A stretch of DNA of 64,000 bases from assembly GCA_958009085.1 (NCBI GenBank), contig OY253678.1, forward strand, positions 806,001-870,000, given 5' to 3'. The stretch is from Protoeuglena noctilucae. Taxonomy: Eukaryota. Made by a program: the position numbers and the translations under genes. Positions within the stretch are counted from its first letter, which is position 1; each line of letters starts with the position of its first letter. This document shows positions 60,134 to 64,000 of the stretch, one piece after another. Below the pieces are notes generated by a model. The model did no database searches and was not told where the DNA came from. It saw only the letters and a program-made list of their open reading frames with translations.

Positions 60134-63100
60134 TCAGCCGGGGGTCGTGTGGGTGCGGCGGATGCGCGGTGCATCCCCGCCCTGCCCCACCATTGCTGGG
60201 GTCCTGGTCCCCCGCCGCTGCACGGCACCACTGCTTTCGCTGAGGTACTTCTGGGGTCGCGGCCGGACACCCTCTGCGTCTACACCCCGCGCCCGCCCCG
60301 CCGCCTTGGCACGCCAGTGGATCTGCCCCAGCTGCTGCACGGCCTCCACCATTCGTCGGATCGCCTTGCGCTGCGCCACCATCTGCTTGAGCTGTACCTC
60401 AAGGCCCGGCACGGACGCCAGCAGCGCTCGGAACACGGCGCCCTCGATGCACACCACTTGCACTGGACCTGCAGCGCGCACCGAGCATGTGCGCACGCCA
60501 CGCCGCCCCATGACCGCCGTCTCGCCCACGAGGGTCCCGGGGCCCCGACGAGCCACCAGGTGCTGACTGCAAGACATGAACAGGGGCTTCAGGTCACACA
60601 GAGGTACCCTACATGCACCGCATCCAGCCATGCGTACCTACATCGCTCGTTGTGATCTACACTCCATTCCTCTCACCGCTCGCGCCCGTTGGCTTTGAAC
60701 GACGACAGCGTCGCCAGTTGCGCCGCCTCCTGCGTGGTGCTGCTCACGAGCTCCTCTAGAGCCTCCACATCGCCCTCCCACACTGACCCGATGCCCTGCG
60801 GTGGGGCGTAGCGAAGCAAGTGAGCTCAGATCGACCCCAGCCCGGCCCATGGATGTGCAGGATCGACATATCAACATCCCCGCACGCACCGGGCCGCTCG
60901 GCCTGCTGCGGGTCTTGGCGCTGTCGTTGAAGAAGCGGCGGGGGCGAGCACTGTCGGACGCCATCGTGAAGAGAGGACCCTGCGAGCGCGGGCAAGGAAA
61001 GGGATGCCGTTGCAGGTGCCATGATGGTGCTTTTACATTATGCAGGGCATAGTTGTCATACCCATGGTTGCACTGCATGGCTCCCCTCCCACATAAACAG
61101 CTCACCTCGGGAGTCCCGCCCTCAGGCACCCCCTCCAGTATGCGCAGGGAGCGCCCTGCAGTCCCGTTCTCGCTTCGGTGCCAGCCCCGCGTCGCACCCC
61201 ACGCGTCGTCCACTCCGTCGGGGCCACCCATGCTGTCCACGTGCGCAAGTGCCCTCTTAGGGGCCATCCCCACACCGTCCGACTGGGGCGCCCCACCACC
61301 GCGCTCCATGCCAGACTCCGTCGGAGCCCCCTCAGGACCCCCGAGATCGACCAGATTTGCAATCCTAAACGCCTCTTCATGCATCGATTTCGACTCCTCT
61401 CTCACCACCAGCTCCTCTGGCACCGCCACCAGACCCCCCAACAGGCGCCTGGCGTCAAAGCCCGCCGGCACCCTCCGTGCTCGGGCGGAGCCCCACCCGT
61501 GGCCGCCGCCCCTGCCTGCGCGCGGCGGCCCAACCCCGGCCGCGCGAGCCGCGTCTGCGCGGCCCTGGGCCGTGCCAGCGGGGGACCGACGATCCCCATG
61601 GTGCTGTGCGAGCGCACTGTTGCCCCCCAACACCTCAACTTCTGACGCTGCGGGTCCCACTCTGCTATCAGTCTCCTCAACGACCACGGCGTCCGCAACG
61701 GCGTTCCTTCCCCGCTGCCCGCGCACCCCCAACACCGCTTTCCTCGCCCACGCGCCCCTCTGGCGCAGGCCCCGCCACACGCGGCGCAGAGCCTGGCCCA
61801 GAGGCCATCCCGGTCGCCCTGTTGCAGCGCCACCCTCCGCAGCAGTGCTTTCTGCAGCCTCGGCTCTAGGCACTGCCTCTGCCCCAGCAGCCACAGCAAT
61901 GTCGCCACCGTCAGCCGACACCAAAGCGTCTGTCGGGTGCGAAGCCTCCCCGGTTTCACCCTGTCCCGCCACTCCACTCACTTCTGCCTCACTCTGGCTC
62001 CCAGTGCCGTCCACCTTGGCCATCGCCGTCACTTCGCCCCCTCCCTCCCCATCAGCCGTCACCACGCCTGATGGGTCGCCCTGTGCCCTCTCCCCCGCAG
62101 CCCTGCTTGTCGACGCGTCGTGCAGGAGAGGACCGACGACTGCATCCCTGGCCTCTCCAGCATCCGCCCCTGCCTGAGACCGAGACTGAGCCTGTTAGGC
62201 CCATCGCTCCAATGCGCCTCGCACCCGAGGCTCCCTTGCGAAGGGCGACGCGCTGGGCGTGCCGTCGACGCATGACGGTGCGGCGATCGCGCTTGTCGAA
62301 GGGCCTGGAGCAACCAGGGATGTCGCGGTGGCTTGGGGCCCCAGGACAGGACCGTCGATACGTGGGAGGGCGATTGGCAGGAGCGATGCAGGGGTGTGGA
62401 GGAGCGCGGGGAGAGGGGAGGAGGCCGGCGGGGTGCGGTGGGGAGGGCGGGCGTCCGGGGCGGGGGAGGTGCTGAGGCGGTGGCTCGGGGTCGTGGGAGG
62501 GAGGGGTGGCAGCGCGGCGACGGGGCCGGGGGTGGTGGCGGGGGTGAATAGCAGCGCGACATGCGCGGTTGGGGCTGAGGCAGGGCCCATGGGGGTCGGG
62601 GTGGAGGCGTCGTACGCAGCTGGCGATGCGGACGATGTCACGACTGCTCCTGGGGTTTGACTGGCGGCGCTGTCGGAGGGCGTGGTGGCGGACGGCGTAA
62701 AGGACGGGGAAGGCGCGGCACTCCTGGCTGCAACGACGTCCTTGGATGCTGCGGGGGCCAAGTGGGCTGTGAAACAGCACGAGGCAGGGGAGGCAAGCCA
62801 TGGCGTCCCTAAAATCACCGCATTGCAAATGAGTGTATCTTTTTCCCACGTCCCTCACCTCGGGAAGAGGCGTGCGACGTCTTGGTGGGTGCGGAGCGGC
62901 TCGCCCGCCACGCCCGGCAGCTGCTCCGGCGCACGGCCGTCGCAAACCGGCTGGCCGAGGTGGCCAGCAAATCTGAGTGGCGGAACACGGTCCCCAAAGC
63001 ATTCGGCTCGTCGTCTGGCAAGAATGCGTCTGCGGCAACCGCAGCTGCCGGACGCCCGAGGCCGGGCGGGGCCACCTGCGGGTGTCCAGACAAGCAGCAG

Positions 63101-64000
63101 AGCGTGTCAGAGGTGGCGCTGTTGCATGAGCCGATCTATGCAGCCATCGTTTGGCCAACCCCGCCTTCCCAGCCACCGCCACACCGCCCCGGGCGACAGC
63201 GCGACCCTGCCGTTCGCCTCGCCTGATGCAAGCTGCGTCGGCCTGGGATGCGCGCCTCGGTCGCCGTCTTGCTGAAGCTCCTGCTCACATGGCTGCGGTC
63301 GTGGCTGCTTCGAGGGGCTTTGGACCCCGTCTCTGAGGGGCCGTCGTGGGTACCGTCGTTGTCCATCAGCTGCAGCATCGGCGACATGGTCACTGCGTGG
63401 TGGCGCAAGGGGGACGGAGGGGTTGGTAAGAAATGCACGGACGGGCGACGTTGAGCTGCAACGGAACGTTACCATCAAAGTCACACCCAGTAACACCCTT
63501 AGGATGCTGGGATGCTGGCCCAGGGCAAGGCACGAAGCGTGTCTGCTCGCGCGCCACCGCCACTCACGCAGGCCGCTCATGTACTTGGTCGGGCGGATGC
63601 TCTGCTGCGTGAAGAGCACCATCAGCGGCCTGCGCGACGGCTCTGACGACAACGTGCCCCCGGACACCGCATCTGACCCGGGCAGGGAGTCGTGCAGGGC
63701 TCCCCTGGTACCTGTCGCAGGCCTGCTGGACCCACCAGACCCACTGCCGTGCTCTCCGCTGCCTCGTTCTACGCTATCCGAGCCACTTGCGGCCTGTCCC
63801 TCCGCGCAAGTCACTGCGCTGTTGGTGCTGCTCGGAGAGGTCCCACTCGCGCCCCCACGGCCCTCGTCATCACCGCCTTCGAGCACAGCCACTGGGCTCC
63901 CCCTGCCGCTTCCCTCGTGCCTGTCGCACCCCATGTCCAGCTGCCGCGCTACGTGGCACTCGTGGTCCCCCTCAGCAGCTCCCAAACCACCCCGATGCCC
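60134..64000 (-). CDS. Large low-complexity protein with a C-terminal cyclic-nucleotide-binding (cNMP) domain; 5' part lies beyond the window
   Basis: LVARRGPGTLVGETAVMGRRGVRTCSVRAAGPVQVVCIEGAVFRALL (~60420-60562) has the phosphate-binding cassette GE-x-A...R-x-x-SV. Long Ala/Ser/Gly-rich minus-strand exons lie upstream. The exact 3' end is uncertain. Confidence 0.65.

Noticed and set aside
1..64000. Hundreds of overlapping Arg/Pro/Ala/Gly-rich ORFs in the six-frame track
   Set aside because: These are shadow ORFs expected in high-GC DNA. They overlap frames that carry recognisable protein motifs.

Overview
This is GC-rich, intron-rich eukaryotic nuclear DNA. The plastid-targeted PHYLLO and FKBP20-2 genes point to a green alga (inference). 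The window holds about 12 tightly packed multi-exon genes. In order: a partial hypothetical gene; a giant coiled-coil protein with about 20 EF-hands; a tandem pair of paralogous NYN-ribonuclease + vWA + alpha-kinase fusion genes flanking a tiny Gly-rich zinc-finger gene; a UPL1/HUWE1-type HECT E3 ligase (with a 200-N gap); a four-domain MenF-MenD-MenC-MenH PHYLLO fusion; exocyst SEC3; a hypothetical membrane protein; an ArfGAP; thylakoid FKBP20-2; another membrane protein; and the 3' part of a cNMP-binding-domain gene. The standout is the NYN-vWA-alpha-kinase pair. Copy A keeps the nuclease acidic residues and copy B does not. The copies are strongly diverged yet share a 569-bp identical upstream block and an identical intron-containing tract of the kinase core. 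Also notable are frequent GC-AG introns and copies of exon ends inside introns of the HECT gene. Exon boundaries were inferred by eye from splice signals and reading frame, and no database search was run.
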